Source: an uncultured Gemmatimonadales bacterium (GTDB lineage Bacteria; Gemmatimonadota; Gemmatimonadetes; Gemmatimonadales; GWC2-71-9). Taken from it: 64,000 nucleotides of DNA. The position numbers and the translations under genes were made by a program. The DNA lies in the NCBI GenBank assembly GCA_963771275.1, contig CAVYSW010000006.1, forward strand, positions 1 through 64,000, in the 5' to 3' direction. Under the pieces are notes generated by a model, which made no database searches, was not told the DNA's origin, and saw only the letters and a list, made by a program, of their open reading frames with translations. Numbering within the stretch: position 1 is the stretch's first letter; each line of letters opens with the position of its first letter. This document shows positions 9,758 to 20,625 of this stretch, piece after piece.

Positions 9758-11554
9758 TCGGCCTTCTCCTCCCACGCGGGCTGCCGCGTCTTGTCCAGCA
9801 AGAACGGCCCCAGCACCAGATAGTCGATGTGCGTGCGCATGAAACACTGATACGCGTCGCGCGGCGTGCAGACGATCGGCTCGCCCCGCACGTTGAACGA
9901 CGTGTTCACCACCACCCCGCATCCCGTCCGGCGCTCGAATTCGCTGATGAGGTCGTAGTAGTCGGGGTTGGTATCACGCGAGACCGTCTGCACGCGCGCC
10001 GAATAGTCGACGTGCGTGATGGCCGGAATGTCGGACTTGGGCACGTTGAGCAGGTCAATGCCCCAGAGGCTCTGCTGAGTCTCCGTGAGCGGTATCCTCG
10101 CGCTCGTGCTTCACCGGCGCCACCAACAGCATGTACGGCGAGTCACAATCCATCTCGAAGTAGTCCTGCACGCGCTCGCGCAGCACACTCGGCGCGAACG
10201 GCCGGAAGCCCTCCCGGAACTTGATCTTGATGTTCATCTGCGCCTGCATCTTGGGACTCCGCGGGTCCCCCAAGATGCTCCGGTTCCCGAGCGCGCGCGG
10301 CCCGAACTCCATCCGCCCATTGAACCAGCCGACGATCTTCTCGTTCCCCAGGATCTCCGCGACGCGGCAGAGTAGATCGCTCCGCTCGAGACGCTCGAAC
10401 TCAGCCCCTTGGGCCTTGAGAAACGCCTCGATTTCGGAATCCGGGAAGTCGGGCCCAAGGTAGGCGCCCTTCATCCTGTCGCAGCCTGCGATCCTTGGCT
10501 GCTGACAATGCCGATGCCAGATGAGCTGAGCGACACCCAACGCCCCACCCGCGTCTCCGGCGGCAGGCTGAATCCAGAGCTGCTTGAATGGCCCCTCGCG
10601 CAGCAAACGCCCATTCCCGACGCAGTTGAGGGCCACCCCACCGGCCAGACAGAGTCGATCCAGCCCTGTCTCCTGGTGAACCGTGCGAGCCATACGCAAC
10701 ATGATCTCCTCGCACACGTCCTGGATCGAGCGGGCAAGGTCCATCTCACGCTGTGTGAGCTTGGACTCGGGCTCGCGCGGCGGGCCGCCGAACAGGTCCT
10801 CGAAGGCGCCGTTCGTCATCCTCAGCCCGGTGAGATAGTCGAAGTACTTCTGATTCACCCGGAACGAGCCGTCTTCGCGCAGATCGATCAGCTCCCGATA
10901 GATCAGGTCCACGTACTTGGGGCGGCCGTAGGGCGCGAGCCCCATGACCTTGTACTCGCCCGAGTTCACCTTGAAGCCCGTGAAGTAGGTGAAGGCCGAG
11001 TACAACAGTCCCAGCGAGTCCGGCCACTTGATCTCTCGGACCAACTCGACGTCACGTCCCTTACCCACACCCCACGCCGCCGTCGCCCATTCGCCCACCC
11101 CATCCATCGTGAGGATCGCTGCCTCCTCGAACGGCGACGGGAAGAAGGCGCTCGCGGCGTGTGACTCATGGTGCTCCGCGTAGAGCACCTCACCCTTGTA
11201 GCTACCCAACTCGTCACGGAGATTGCGGTCGAGAAACAACTTCTCCTTCATCCAGACGGGACCGGCCTTGAGGAACTGCAGGAACCCGCGGGGGGTGACG
11301 CCGAGGTAGGACTCGAGGATGCGCTCGAACTTGAGCAGTGGCTTGTCGTAGAACCCCACGTACGCAAGGTCCGCGACCCCGATCCCTCCGGCTTTGAGAC
11401 AGTAGTCCACCGCGTGTCGCGGGAAGGAGGAGTCCCCCTTCTTCCGGGTAAAGCGCTCCTCCTGCGCGGCGGCGACGATCTCGCCGTCCTTGAGGAGGCA
11501 AGCCGCACTGTCGTGGTAGTAGGCCGAGATGCCGAGTATCAGATTCGACGCCAT
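9730..11554 (-). CDS. O-carbamoyltransferase (NodU/CmcH/SxtI family), frameshift near 10060-10090
   Basis: ILGISAYYHDSAA, AAQEERFTRKK, HHESHAASAF, DGVGE, GEYKVMGLAPYG, GGVALNC, EFGPRALGNRS, THVDYSARVQ, NTSFNVRGEP. Confidence 0.95.
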
Positions 11555-11618
11555 TCGCATTCCAGAATCGGTCGAGGCCGGAATATCGCAAGGTTGGGGC
11601 GCGCCAGAACAAGACGCA

Positions 11619-11643
11619 TAAACCATTGCTGGCAAATGTCTTA
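11619..11643. promoter_or_regulatory. 25-bp palindromic IHF-like motif
   Basis: TAA ACCA TTG CTGGC AAA TGTC TTA, upstream of the carbamoyltransferase. Confidence 0.55.
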
Positions 11644-11708
11644 CGCATATCCAACAAATCGATGAACCCGAGGGGTTGCTGCGGATGTGCAACAGGTGAG
11701 AAGGTGCG

Positions 11709-12341
11709 TCAGGGGCTCGGGGACAGCACCTCCCCAACCACCCGCAGCACATCACCCAGCGGAAACCCTCGCCGACTCAGGTAGCCCACCAGCCGCCGCT
11801 TCCGCACGTCGGGCGACAGCCCCGCCATCTGCCCCGCCCTCTTCCGCGCCACCGCCTCGAGCTCCGCGAGTCGTTCCGTCTCGCCTCCTACCTGAAGCTC
11901 CGCGACGGCCAGCTCGGCCACGCGCCGTTCCACTCCACGCGCCGCAAGATCCGCGAGGATCCGCGCGGGCCCGTACCCGCGCTCGGCACGGCCTCGCGCG
12001 AACGCCCGGGCGAACTCCTGGTCGTCGAGCAGGCCCCTGGCCTCGAGACGGCCCACGGCCTCCGCGACCGCCTGCGCCGGCATCTTCTTCTGCCGCAGTC
12101 GCCGAATGACCTCCTGCACGGCACGCGGCCGAGCGGCCAGCAGTCGCACCGCACCCCGGTACGCGTCCTCCGCCTGGGCAGCAGCGTCCAGCCGTTCCCG
12201 CCCGGCCTCGTCGAGCTCCCGGCCCCGCACGAGCCCGAGCGCCCGCACCCGCTCGATCGGCAACAGCGCGACGCGGGCCCCGTCCACCTCCACGATCAGG
12301 TAGCCGGCGGTGCGGGAGGGTCGGAGGGAGGTGACGCGCAC
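11709..12341 (-). CDS. recX: Regulatory protein RecX
   Basis: A.RLLA.RPR..E...RL, LLDD.EFA, GP.RI..DL..RG, YLSRRGF; directly downstream of recA. Confidence 0.92.
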   Translation of the reverse strand: MRVTSLRPSRTAGYLIVEVDGARVALLPIERVRALGLVRGRELDEAGRERLDAAAQAEDAYRGAVRLLAARPRAVQEVIRRLRQKKMPAQAVAEAVGRLEARGLLDDQEFARAFARGRAERGYGPARILADLAARGVERRVAELAVAELQVGGETERLAELEAVARKRAGQMAGLSPDVRKRRLVGYLSRRGFPLGDVLRVVGEVLSPSP

Positions 12342-12348
12342 AACGACG

Positions 12349-12413
12349 GTGAAAAGTGAAAAGTGAAAAGTGAAAAGGCACGGAACCGCTTTTCACTATT
12401 CACGTTTCACTTT

Positions 12414-12417
<4 letters not shown>
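12349..12417. repeat. Inverted heptamer-tandem element (GTGAAAA)x4-loop-(TTTTCAC)x4
   Basis: Read directly; the recA stop codon (12414-12416) lies inside the outermost unit. Confidence 0.9.
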
Positions 12418-13461
<1,044 letters not shown>

Positions 13462-13476
13462 GTTGCCTCCCACGGA

Positions 13477-13597
13477 GTGAAAAGTGAAGAGTGAAACGTG
13501 AAAAGGGGTGAGCGGGCCGACTCCGGCTCCGGAAGTCGGAGATGGGGCGCGAATCAGCGCGGAGCCGGCTTTTCACTTTTCACCTTTCACTTTTCAC
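13477..13597. repeat. Inverted heptamer-tandem element (GTGAAAA)x4-65 nt-(TTTTCAC)x4 in the recA leader
   Basis: Arms at 13477-13504 and 13570-13597; inner stem CCGGCTCCG/CGGAGCCGG. Confidence 0.9.
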
Positions 13598-13634
13598 TGT
13601 TTCCACCGTCCCGAATATAACCCGAAGATCCACC

Positions 13635-14037
13635 TCACCGCCACCCGGGCCGAAACGCGTCCTCGACATGTTGCACGCGTGCAGCACCACGCTCCCGCAG
13701 GTTCACCCCGATGACGTCGAACCGGTACACGTCCTGAGGCCTGCCGCAGCGGTCCATCCAGGCCCGCGCCACCCGCACGATCTCGCGCTGCTTGGCCCAG
13801 GTGACCGCCTCGAAGGGCGCTCCCGAACCCGTCCCCGCCACGGGCCTTCACCTCGATGAACGCGACGACCGACCCGCGCCGCGCGACGAGGTCGACTTCC
13901 AGCCGACCCATCCTGAACCGGTGGTCGAGCACCTGCCACCCACGCGACTTCAGGAACTCGATCGCCTCAATCTCGCCGGCGAGCCCCTGCTTGTGGCGCG
14001 GGTCGGTCCATTCCGAAGGGTCGGACTTGATCGGCAC
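13635..14037 (-). CDS. yraN: YraN (UPF0102) family protein, frameshifted
   Basis: G..GE..A..FL..RGW, EVDLVA, FIEVKAR, then EAVT..KQ, YRFDV, HVEDAF in a second frame. Confidence 0.9.
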
Positions 14038-14107
14038 GCGGACAACGTAGCGTCCAAGGCCCTCTCTGCGTTACCGAATCGTCGCGGATCGTGGCGAAAG
14101 CACGAGG

Positions 14108-14231
14108 GCCGACAGCCGATGGCCGAGAGCCGACAGTCGGTACCCCATGAGCCTACACTGCGCTCGTGACCCACCAAGTGACCGACCGCAATCGGCAACC
14201 AGCCCATCGGCTATCGGCCATCGGCTATCGA
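14108..14231. repeat. Inverted heptamer-tandem element (GCCGAYR)n...(CYATCGG)n
   Basis: Four left units at 14108-14135 and four right units at 14204-14231; the ftsK TAG lies in the last unit. Confidence 0.85.
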
Positions 14232-16537
14232 CAGTACTCGTCCACCTGCTCGATCCCGATCAGCACCTCCCGCGGCTTCGATCCGTCCGGGGGGCCGAGT
14301 ATGCCGGCTTCGTGCAGCTGGTCGATGATGCGGGCGGCGCGGCCGTAGCCGATCCGGAGCTTGCGCTGGAGCAGCGAGGTGGAGCCGAGCTGATGCTGGA
14401 TGCAGGCCTCCGCGGCCTCGCGGAACAACGGGTCACGCTCACCGGGCGGAATGGCGGCCGGACTCTCCTCACCCGTCTCGGCCGCCTCGATGGCCTGCAC
14501 GACCGCCAGGATGTCCGCTTCCCCACTCTCGGGCGGGAGCATGCCCCGTGCAACGAGCGCGGCGTCGCGCTTCGCCTTCTGCGCCGTGTACCACTCCGTG
14601 AGCCGCTCGGTCTCGTCGGTGGAGATGAACGCGCCCTGAATGCGCTGGGGCTCCGCCTTGCCGGGCGGCAGGAACAGCATGTCGCCGTTCCCCAGCAACG
14701 CCTCCGCGCCGTTCTGGTCGAGGATCGTGCGGCTGTCCACCTTGGACGCCACCCGGAACGCGATCCGGCTCGGGAAATTGGCCTTGATGAGACCGGTGAT
14801 GACGTTGACGCTCGGCCGCTGGGTGGCGAGGACCAGGTGGACGCCGGTCGCGCGGGCCTTCTGCGCCAGCATCGCGAGCGGCCGCTCGACCTCTCCCTGC
14901 ACCGTCATCATGAGATCCGCCAGCTCGTCGACGATCAGGATGATGAACGGGAGGGTGCCCTCAGTGTACGGCTGGCCGATAGCCGATGGCCGATGGCCGA
15001 TGGCCGAGAGCCGAAGCTCCCCCTGTGGACCGGCGGCAAACGGCTCACGGCTATCGGCTATCGGCTGCGGTAGGAATAGCTCCTTCCCCTCCGCGACTTT
15101 CCGATTGAAATCCCCGACATTCCGCGCGCCATTCGCGTGGAACAGCTCGTAGCGCCGTTCCATCTCCATGACGAGCCATTTGAGCGTCTGCGCGGCGTGG
15201 CGGTTGTTCGTCACCACCGCGTGGCGGAGGTGCGGGAGCGCGTTGTAGCCGGAAAGCTCCACCATCTTGGGATCGATCATCAGCAGGCGGAGCTGGCGCG
15301 GCGTGTAGCGGTACACCAGGCTCGTGATCAGCGCGTTGATGCAGACCGATTTCCCCGACCCGGTGGCGCCCGCGATCAAGAGGTGCGGCATCTTCGCGAG
15401 GTCGGTGACGACCGGCTTCCCTTCGAGGTCGCGGCCCAGCACGATCGGCAGCACGCCGCGTGAGCGGTCCCACTCGGGAGTCTCCAGCAGCTCGCGGGCG
15501 CGCACGATGCGCGGCGTGGGATTGGGCACTTCGACGCCGACCGCCGCCTTGCCCGGGATCGGCGCCACGATGCGGATCGACTGCGCCCGCATCGCGAGCG
15601 CGAGATCGTCCGCCAGGGCCTCGATCCGCCCGACCTTCACCCCGGGCGCCGGCGCCACTTCGAACTGCGTCACCACGGGGCCGGTGGTCCGCCCGACGAT
15701 CTTCCCGTCCACACGGAACGTTGCGAGCGTGTCGATCAGGACTTTCCCCAGGCGCTCCAGCTCGGCCTCGCCGGCGTCGATCGCATCGCGCGCCGGCGGA
15801 TCGAGCAGCTCGATCGGTGGAAGCTCGTCCCCCTCGCCTCGCGCCTCTGCCCGGCGGAGCGGCGGTATGGCGGTGCGACGCTCGGGTGCTTCCACCGCGC
15901 GTCTACCGACCTTGGGCTTCCTCCCCTCACCCCCGGGCCCCCTCTCCCCCTCGGGCTCCCCCTCACTCTCGTCGTCCGCCCCTCCTGCCCCCACGACCCG
16001 CCGCCGCGCCGCAGGCTCAGCCGCAGGGCCCATCCGCGGGATGGCAGCAAGTCGTCTGAACGGGTGCCAATCGAGCGTGAGGATCGTGAGTCCCGACAGT
16101 CCGATCAGGCCGAGCACCACGGCGCCCGCGGACCCGATGACGGCACGGACGCCGACGACCATCATCCCCGGGATCAGCCCGATCAGCTTGTGGGTCAACG
16201 ACCAGCCGGCCCAGTCCGCCCCGAAGTCGGAGCCCTGGCTGACGCCGCTCGCCACACCGATGGCGTAGGGCACGAGCAGCACCAGCCCCCCACACAGGAT
16301 CGTGAGCCGGCGGAGATCGAGCGCCTTGAGCCACCCGAATCCCACGAGGCCGGCCCCGACGCCGAGCAGCGGGAGCACCACGGCCCCCGCGCCGAGCCCC
16401 GTCTTGAGCATGCGCCCGAGCACGCCCCCCACGGGGCCCGTGAGTCCATACGGCAGCAGCGCCAGGGCGACGAACAGCCCGGCCAAGAGCGCCACGATGG
16501 CGATCAGCTCCTGTCGGTGTCGGTCGGAGAGTGGCAT
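14225..16537 (-). CDS. ftsK: DNA translocase FtsK
   Basis: N-terminal TMs, PHLLIAGATGSGKS, MIDPKMVEL, IVDELADLM, ATQRPS, C-terminal gamma domain (LQRKLRIGYGRAARI). Confidence 0.97.
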   Translation of the reverse strand: MPLSDRHRQELIAIVALLAGLFVALALLPYGLTGPVGGVLGRMLKTGLGAGAVVLPLLGVGAGLVGFGWLKALDLRRLTILCGGLVLLVPYAIGVASGVSQGSDFGADWAGWSLTHKLIGLIPGMMVVGVRAVIGSAGAVVLGLIGLSGLTILTLDWHPFRRLAAIPRMGPAAEPAARRRVVGAGGADDESEGEPEGERGPGGEGRKPKVGRRAVEAPERRTAIPPLRRAEARGEGDELPPIELLDPPARDAIDAGEAELERLGKVLIDTLATFRVDGKIVGRTTGPVVTQFEVAPAPGVKVGRIEALADDLALAMRAQSIRIVAPIPGKAAVGVEVPNPTPRIVRARELLETPEWDRSRGVLPIVLGRDLEGKPVVTDLAKMPHLLIAGATGSGKSVCINALITSLVYRYTPRQLRLLMIDPKMVELSGYNALPHLRHAVVTNNRHAAQTLKWLVMEMERRYELFHANGARNVGDFNRKVAEGKELFLPQPIADSREPFAAGPQGELRLSAIGHRPSAIGQPYTEGTLPFIILIVDELADLMMTVQGEVERPLAMLAQKARATGVHLVLATQRPSVNVITGLIKANFPSRIAFRVASKVDSRTILDQNGAEALLGNGDMLFLPPGKAEPQRIQGAFISTDETERLTEWYTAQKAKRDAALVARGMLPPESGEADILAVVQAIEAAETGEESPAAIPPGERDPLFREAAEACIQHQLGSTSLLQRKLRIGYGRAARIIDQLHEAGILGPPDGSKPREVLIGIEQVDEYCR
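14975..15065. repeat. GCCGATR heptamer palindrome inside the ftsK reading frame
   Basis: Six left units at 14975-15016 and four right units at 15038-15065; translated as PIADSREP...LSAIGHRPSAIG. Confidence 0.85.
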
Positions 16538-16559
16538 GCTGGAAGATAGCCGAACGATA

Positions 16560-16805
16560 GCCGATAGCCGATGGCCGATCGCCGTTGGCCGCAGGGGACG
16601 GTTGGCAGGAGTCGCGGCGGGGTCCAGGAGGACGCGTCAGTGAGCGGTAGCATGAGCTTCCAGCTACCGTATTCGCGAACTGCAGCGGCCGGAGGGATCC
16701 CCGCTGGCGATCGCCAATGTCCAATAGCCAATCTCGAACGGCTAACGGCGAACGCCACTGAGATATCGGCCCTCGGCTATCGGCTATCGGCCATCGGCTA
16801 TCGGG
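16560..16805. repeat. Composite GCCGATR/GCCAATR heptamer inverted-repeat element
   Basis: Left arms at 16560-16594 and 16713-16754; right arm (TATCGGC)n at 16764-16805 contains the comB stop. Confidence 0.85.
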
Positions 16806-17529
16806 CCGTCACCTGCCGATTGGCATAGACCGGGACCAGATCGTAGCAGTCGCACGCCGTGGCCGCGAGGACATCCTCCTTGAATCCCTTGGCGCCGAGC
16901 TCGCGCGCCGCCGCACTGGCGGAGATCGCGCGCTTCCACTTCTCGCCGTAGCGCTTGACGAGCTCCAGGGCCGCGACCGCCGCGTCGTTGAGCTGCACGC
17001 GCCGCCGCATCCCCTCCGGGATGAGGGCGTGGGCGAACCGGCCGGCGGCGTAGGCGTCCTCGAGCGCGAACCCCCGCTCCCGACCGGCGCAGAGAATCAC
17101 GATCTCCCCGGTGGCGTCGAACGCGGCGCGCGCCCGTACCACGGCGGCGCTGAAGTTCGTCGCCGCGCCGATCAACACCGGATTGCCGTCCTCGGCGGCC
17201 TGGATCGCCACCGTCCCGTTGGTGGTGGACATGACGAGCGTCTTCCCACCCACGACCTCACGCGTCATCTCGCGCGGCGAGTTGCCGAGCGCGAAGCCGC
17301 TGATCTTCTCGCCCTTCCGTTCGCCCATCAGGAGCACGTCATCCTTGAGATTCTGGGCGATGCGGATCGCCTCGTCGGTGGCGCCCGCCGGCACGATGGC
17401 GCGCGCGCCGTTGGCCAGCGCCGCGACGATCGTGGTCGTGGCCCGCAGGATGTCCACGACCACCACCGGCTTGCCACCGATGTCCGCATCGGGGACGCCG
17501 AGCGGCGTGAAGTAGACGCCGATCTTCAT
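16798..17529 (-). CDS. comB: 2-phosphosulfolactate phosphatase (ComB family)
   Basis: [42 protein letters not shown]. Confidence 0.92.
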   Translation of the reverse strand: MKIGVYFTPLGVPDADIGGKPVVVVDILRATTTIVAALANGARAIVPAGATDEAIRIAQNLKDDVLLMGERKGEKISGFALGNSPREMTREVVGGKTLVMSTTNGTVAIQAAEDGNPVLIGAATNFSAAVVRARAAFDATGEIVILCAGRERGFALEDAYAAGRFAHALIPEGMRRRVQLNDAAVAALELVKRYGEKWKRAISASAAARELGAKGFKEDVLAATACDCYDLVPVYANRQVTAR

Positions 17530-18884
17530 GCGCCCCCGTTCATCAGCTCGGGATTCCGCTCGAGGAACATGGTGTCCACTTCGCCCTTCACGAAGTCGGG
17601 ATGCTGGATCACGCGCCGCAGGAACGGAATCGTCGTGGTGACCCCCTCGATGATGAACGAATCGAGGGCCTGGTGCATGCGCGCGAGGGCTTCCGTGCGG
17701 TTCCCGCCGTGCACGATGACCTTGGCGAGCAGGGAGTCGTAGTAGGGGGGCACCGTGTAGCCCGCGTAGATGTGGGTGTCGACGCGCACGCCGGGGCCCC
17801 CGGGCGGGTGGTAGACGGTGATCATGCCCGGTGACGGCTGGAAGTTTCGGGACGGGTCTTCCGCGTTCACCCGGCACTCGATGGCGTGACCGCGCACCTT
17901 CCCACCCTTGAGCGTGAGCTCGAGGTGCTCGCCAGCCGCCACCTTGATCTGCTGTTTCACCAGATCGAAGTTGGTCACCATCTCGGTGACCGGATGCTCG
18001 ACCTGGATTCGGGTGTTCATCTCCATGAAGTAGAAGTGACCCGACGCATCCAGCAGGAACTCGATGGTTCCCGCCCCGACGTAGCCGATCTTCGCCGCCG
18101 CGCGCACGGCCGCGTCCCCCATCTGCTCGCGCAGAGCCGGGGTCACGACGGGACTCGGCGCCTCCTCGATGAGCTTCTGGTGGCGGCGCTGCACCGAGCA
18201 GTCGCGCTCCCCCAGGTGCATCAACCGTCCGTGCTGGTCGCCCATGATCTGAATCTCGACGTGGCGCGGCCGGTCGAGGTACTGCTCGACGTACACCGCC
18301 GTCGAGCCGAACGCCGCCAGCGCCTCGTTCCGGGCGAGCTGGAACGCCTGGCCGAACCCCTCGCCGTCCCGGGCGATCCGCATGCCCTTCCCGCCCCCGC
18401 CCGCCGCGGCCTTGATGATCACCGGGAACCCGATCTGCTCGGCGATCGCCTGCGCGTCCGCCGCCTCCTCGATCACCCCCGCGGAGCCGGGGACGACCGG
18501 GATGCCCAGCTCCTGGGCGAGCTTCCGGGCGGCGGCCTTGTCGCCCATCAGGCGGATCTGCTCGGCGGTGGGGCCGATGAACGTGACCCCCGACGCGGCG
18601 CACGTCTCGGCGAACTCCGCGTTCTCGGCCAGGAAGCCGTACCCCGGGTGAATCGCGTCGGCGCCGGTGATCTCGGCGGCCGCGATCAGCGCGGGAATGT
18701 GCAGATAGGACAGGCGCGAAGGGGGCGGACCGATGCAGACGTCATCGTCGGCAAACCGCACATGCAGCGACTCGCGGTCGGCTTCGCTGTAGACGGCCAC
18801 CGTCGACACGCCCAGCTCGCGGCACGCCCGAATGACCCGCAGCGCGATCTCGCCGCGGTTGGCAATCAGGATCTTGGTGAACAT
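17526..18884 (-). CDS. accC: Acetyl-CoA carboxylase biotin carboxylase
   Basis: [60 protein letters not shown]. Confidence 0.98.
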   Translation of the reverse strand: MFTKILIANRGEIALRVIRACRELGVSTVAVYSEADRESLHVRFADDDVCIGPPPSRLSYLHIPALIAAAEITGADAIHPGYGFLAENAEFAETCAASGVTFIGPTAEQIRLMGDKAAARKLAQELGIPVVPGSAGVIEEAADAQAIAEQIGFPVIIKAAAGGGGKGMRIARDGEGFGQAFQLARNEALAAFGSTAVYVEQYLDRPRHVEIQIMGDQHGRLMHLGERDCSVQRRHQKLIEEAPSPVVTPALREQMGDAAVRAAAKIGYVGAGTIEFLLDASGHFYFMEMNTRIQVEHPVTEMVTNFDLVKQQIKVAAGEHLELTLKGGKVRGHAIECRVNAEDPSRNFQPSPGMITVYHPPGGPGVRVDTHIYAGYTVPPYYDSLLAKVIVHGGNRTEALARMHQALDSFIIEGVTTTIPFLRRVIQHPDFVKGEVDTMFLERNPELMNGGA

Positions 18885-18947
18885 GGATTCGGTGAAACGA
18901 ATCTCAGTTGATGGACGCGCTCGGCACTGGCCGTGACGTGCGCTCCA

Positions 18948-20120
18948 CTAGTGGCCGTGGCCCTCGGACAGGCCGTCGTCCCGCCGCTCCCCTATGCTCT
19001 CCTGCATCTCGTCGGAGAACGTGCGGTCGGACGTGCCTTCGATCCCGCTCACGCGCAGCGCGAACTCGCTCGGGTTGGTCGAGTAGAACAGCGCGTTCTC
19101 GTAGCTGATCACGCCGCGCCGCAGCCAGTTCATCAGCGACTGGTCGAACGACTGCATGCCGTACTGGATGGTGCCCTCGCGGATCAGCTCCGGGATGTTG
19201 AGGGCCTTCTCCCGATCGCGGACGTTGTCCCGCACGGCCGCCGTGTTGATCAGGACCTCGCACGCCGGCACGCGCTTCTTCCCGTCAGTCGCCGGCACGA
19301 GGCGGAGCGAGATCACCGCCGCGAGCGCCGTCGCCAGCAGGTTGCGAACGGCGTCGTGCTCGTGGGGCGGGAAGAAGGAGATGATGCGGTTGACGGTCTG
19401 CGTGGCGTCCGTCGTGTGGAGCGTCGAGAACACGAGGTGCCCCGTGTCCGCCGCCTTCATGGCCGTATCGAGCGTCACCCGGTCACGGATCTCGCCGATC
19501 AGGATCACGTCGGGATCCTGGCGCAGCACGTGCCGCAGGGCGCTCTCGAACGACAGCGTGTCGGTGCCCACCTCGCGCTGCGAGACGTTGGCGGAGCCGT
19601 CCCGGTGCAGGAACTCGATCGGATCCTCGATCGTGATGATGTTGCAGCGGCGGTTCTGGTTCACGTGGTTGATCATCGCCGCGAGCGCCGTGGACTTGCC
19701 CGATCCCGTCACCCCGGTGACCAGGACGAGGCCCCGGGGCTTCATCGCGATCTTCTCCAGCACCGGCGGGAGGTTCAGCTCCGCGATGTTCTGGAGCTCG
19801 TAGGGGATCGAGCGGAACACGAACGCGAGCGTGCCGCGCTGCTGGTAGACGTTGGTGCGGAACCGGCCGATCCCCGGCACCCCGATCGCGAAGTCGGCCT
19901 CCTTGTGCTCGGCGAACTCCTTGACCTGGCGGGGCGTCATGATCTGCTCGGCGAGCCCTTTCAGCTCCTCGGGCTTGAGCGGCGATTGCTCGAGCTGGTA
20001 CAGGTCGCCGGCCACGCGGATCGTGGGGGGACGGCCGACCTTGAGGTGCAGGTCGGAGCCGCCGCGTGTGACCATCTCGGTGATGGCCTGCTTGAAATTG
20101 AATTGCTGGGCTTCAGGCAT
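18948..20120 (-). CDS. PilT/PilU-family type IV pilus ATPase
   Basis: SDLHL, GLVLVTGVTGSGKST, TIEDPIE, LRQDPDVILIGEIRD, TGHLVFSTLH, GMQSFDQ; no canonical AIRNLIRE, so PilU-like. Confidence 0.93.
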   Translation of the reverse strand: MPEAQQFNFKQAITEMVTRGGSDLHLKVGRPPTIRVAGDLYQLEQSPLKPEELKGLAEQIMTPRQVKEFAEHKEADFAIGVPGIGRFRTNVYQQRGTLAFVFRSIPYELQNIAELNLPPVLEKIAMKPRGLVLVTGVTGSGKSTALAAMINHVNQNRRCNIITIEDPIEFLHRDGSANVSQREVGTDTLSFESALRHVLRQDPDVILIGEIRDRVTLDTAMKAADTGHLVFSTLHTTDATQTVNRIISFFPPHEHDAVRNLLATALAAVISLRLVPATDGKKRVPACEVLINTAAVRDNVRDREKALNIPELIREGTIQYGMQSFDQSLMNWLRRGVISYENALFYSTNPSEFALRVSGIEGTSDRTFSDEMQESIGERRDDGLSEGHGH

Positions 20121-20595
20121 TGGGATCCACCCGGAACAGAACCTGGCCGAACTCCACCGGCTGCGCGTCTTCCACGCAGATCTCCCGCAATACGCCGGAC
20201 ACCTCCGCATCGAGCGGGTTCATGATCTTCATCGCCTCGATGATGCAGAGCGTCTGTCCGGGACTGATCCGGCCGCCGACCCGCACGTACGGTTCGGCAC
20301 CCGGCTCCGGCTGCGCATAGAACGTCCCCACCATGGGGGACTTGATCTCGGTGAGCGCCGACTTGGCGGTCGCTGCCGCTGCTGCCGCCCCTGCGGCCGC
20401 CGGAGCGGCAGGGGCGGCGGGGGCGGCAGCAGGGGGGGCCGGGGCTGCGACCTGGTACGTCACGGGCGTCCCGGGATCCGCGAACCCGCCCTTCGAGACC
20501 CGGATGGTGGTCGTCCACCGCCGGATCTCGATCGTCTGCGCATTCGACCGATTCAGCAGGTCGAGCAGTTTTTCCAGGAATCCGAAATCGATCAT
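20113..20595 (-). CDS. accB: Biotin carboxyl carrier protein
   Basis: SPMVGTFY, EAMKIMN biotinylation motif, Ala/Pro linker. Confidence 0.97.
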   Translation of the reverse strand: MIDFGFLEKLLDLLNRSNAQTIEIRRWTTTIRVSKGGFADPGTPVTYQVAAPAPPAAAPAAPAAPAAAGAAAAAATAKSALTEIKSPMVGTFYAQPEPGAEPYVRVGGRISPGQTLCIIEAMKIMNPLDAEVSGVLREICVEDAQPVEFGQVLFRVDPNA

Positions 20596-20625
20596 ACGCG
20601 CTCGAGAATACTCGTCACCTGTCGC

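Noticed and set aside
9196..11554. Saxitoxin biosynthesis
   Set aside because: Only sxtIJK-like genes are present; no sxtA, sxtG or other core genes.
16798..17529. comB as evidence of coenzyme M synthesis
   Set aside because: ComB-family phosphatases are widespread and no other com genes are present.
16798..18603. Apparent N-terminal extensions or fusions on comB, rel, ugd, rimI, tsaB and tsaE in the ORF track
   Set aside because: The extensions overlap upstream genes in another frame, and true starts overlap upstream stops. This differs from tatC-lptD, where both halves are real domains in one frame.
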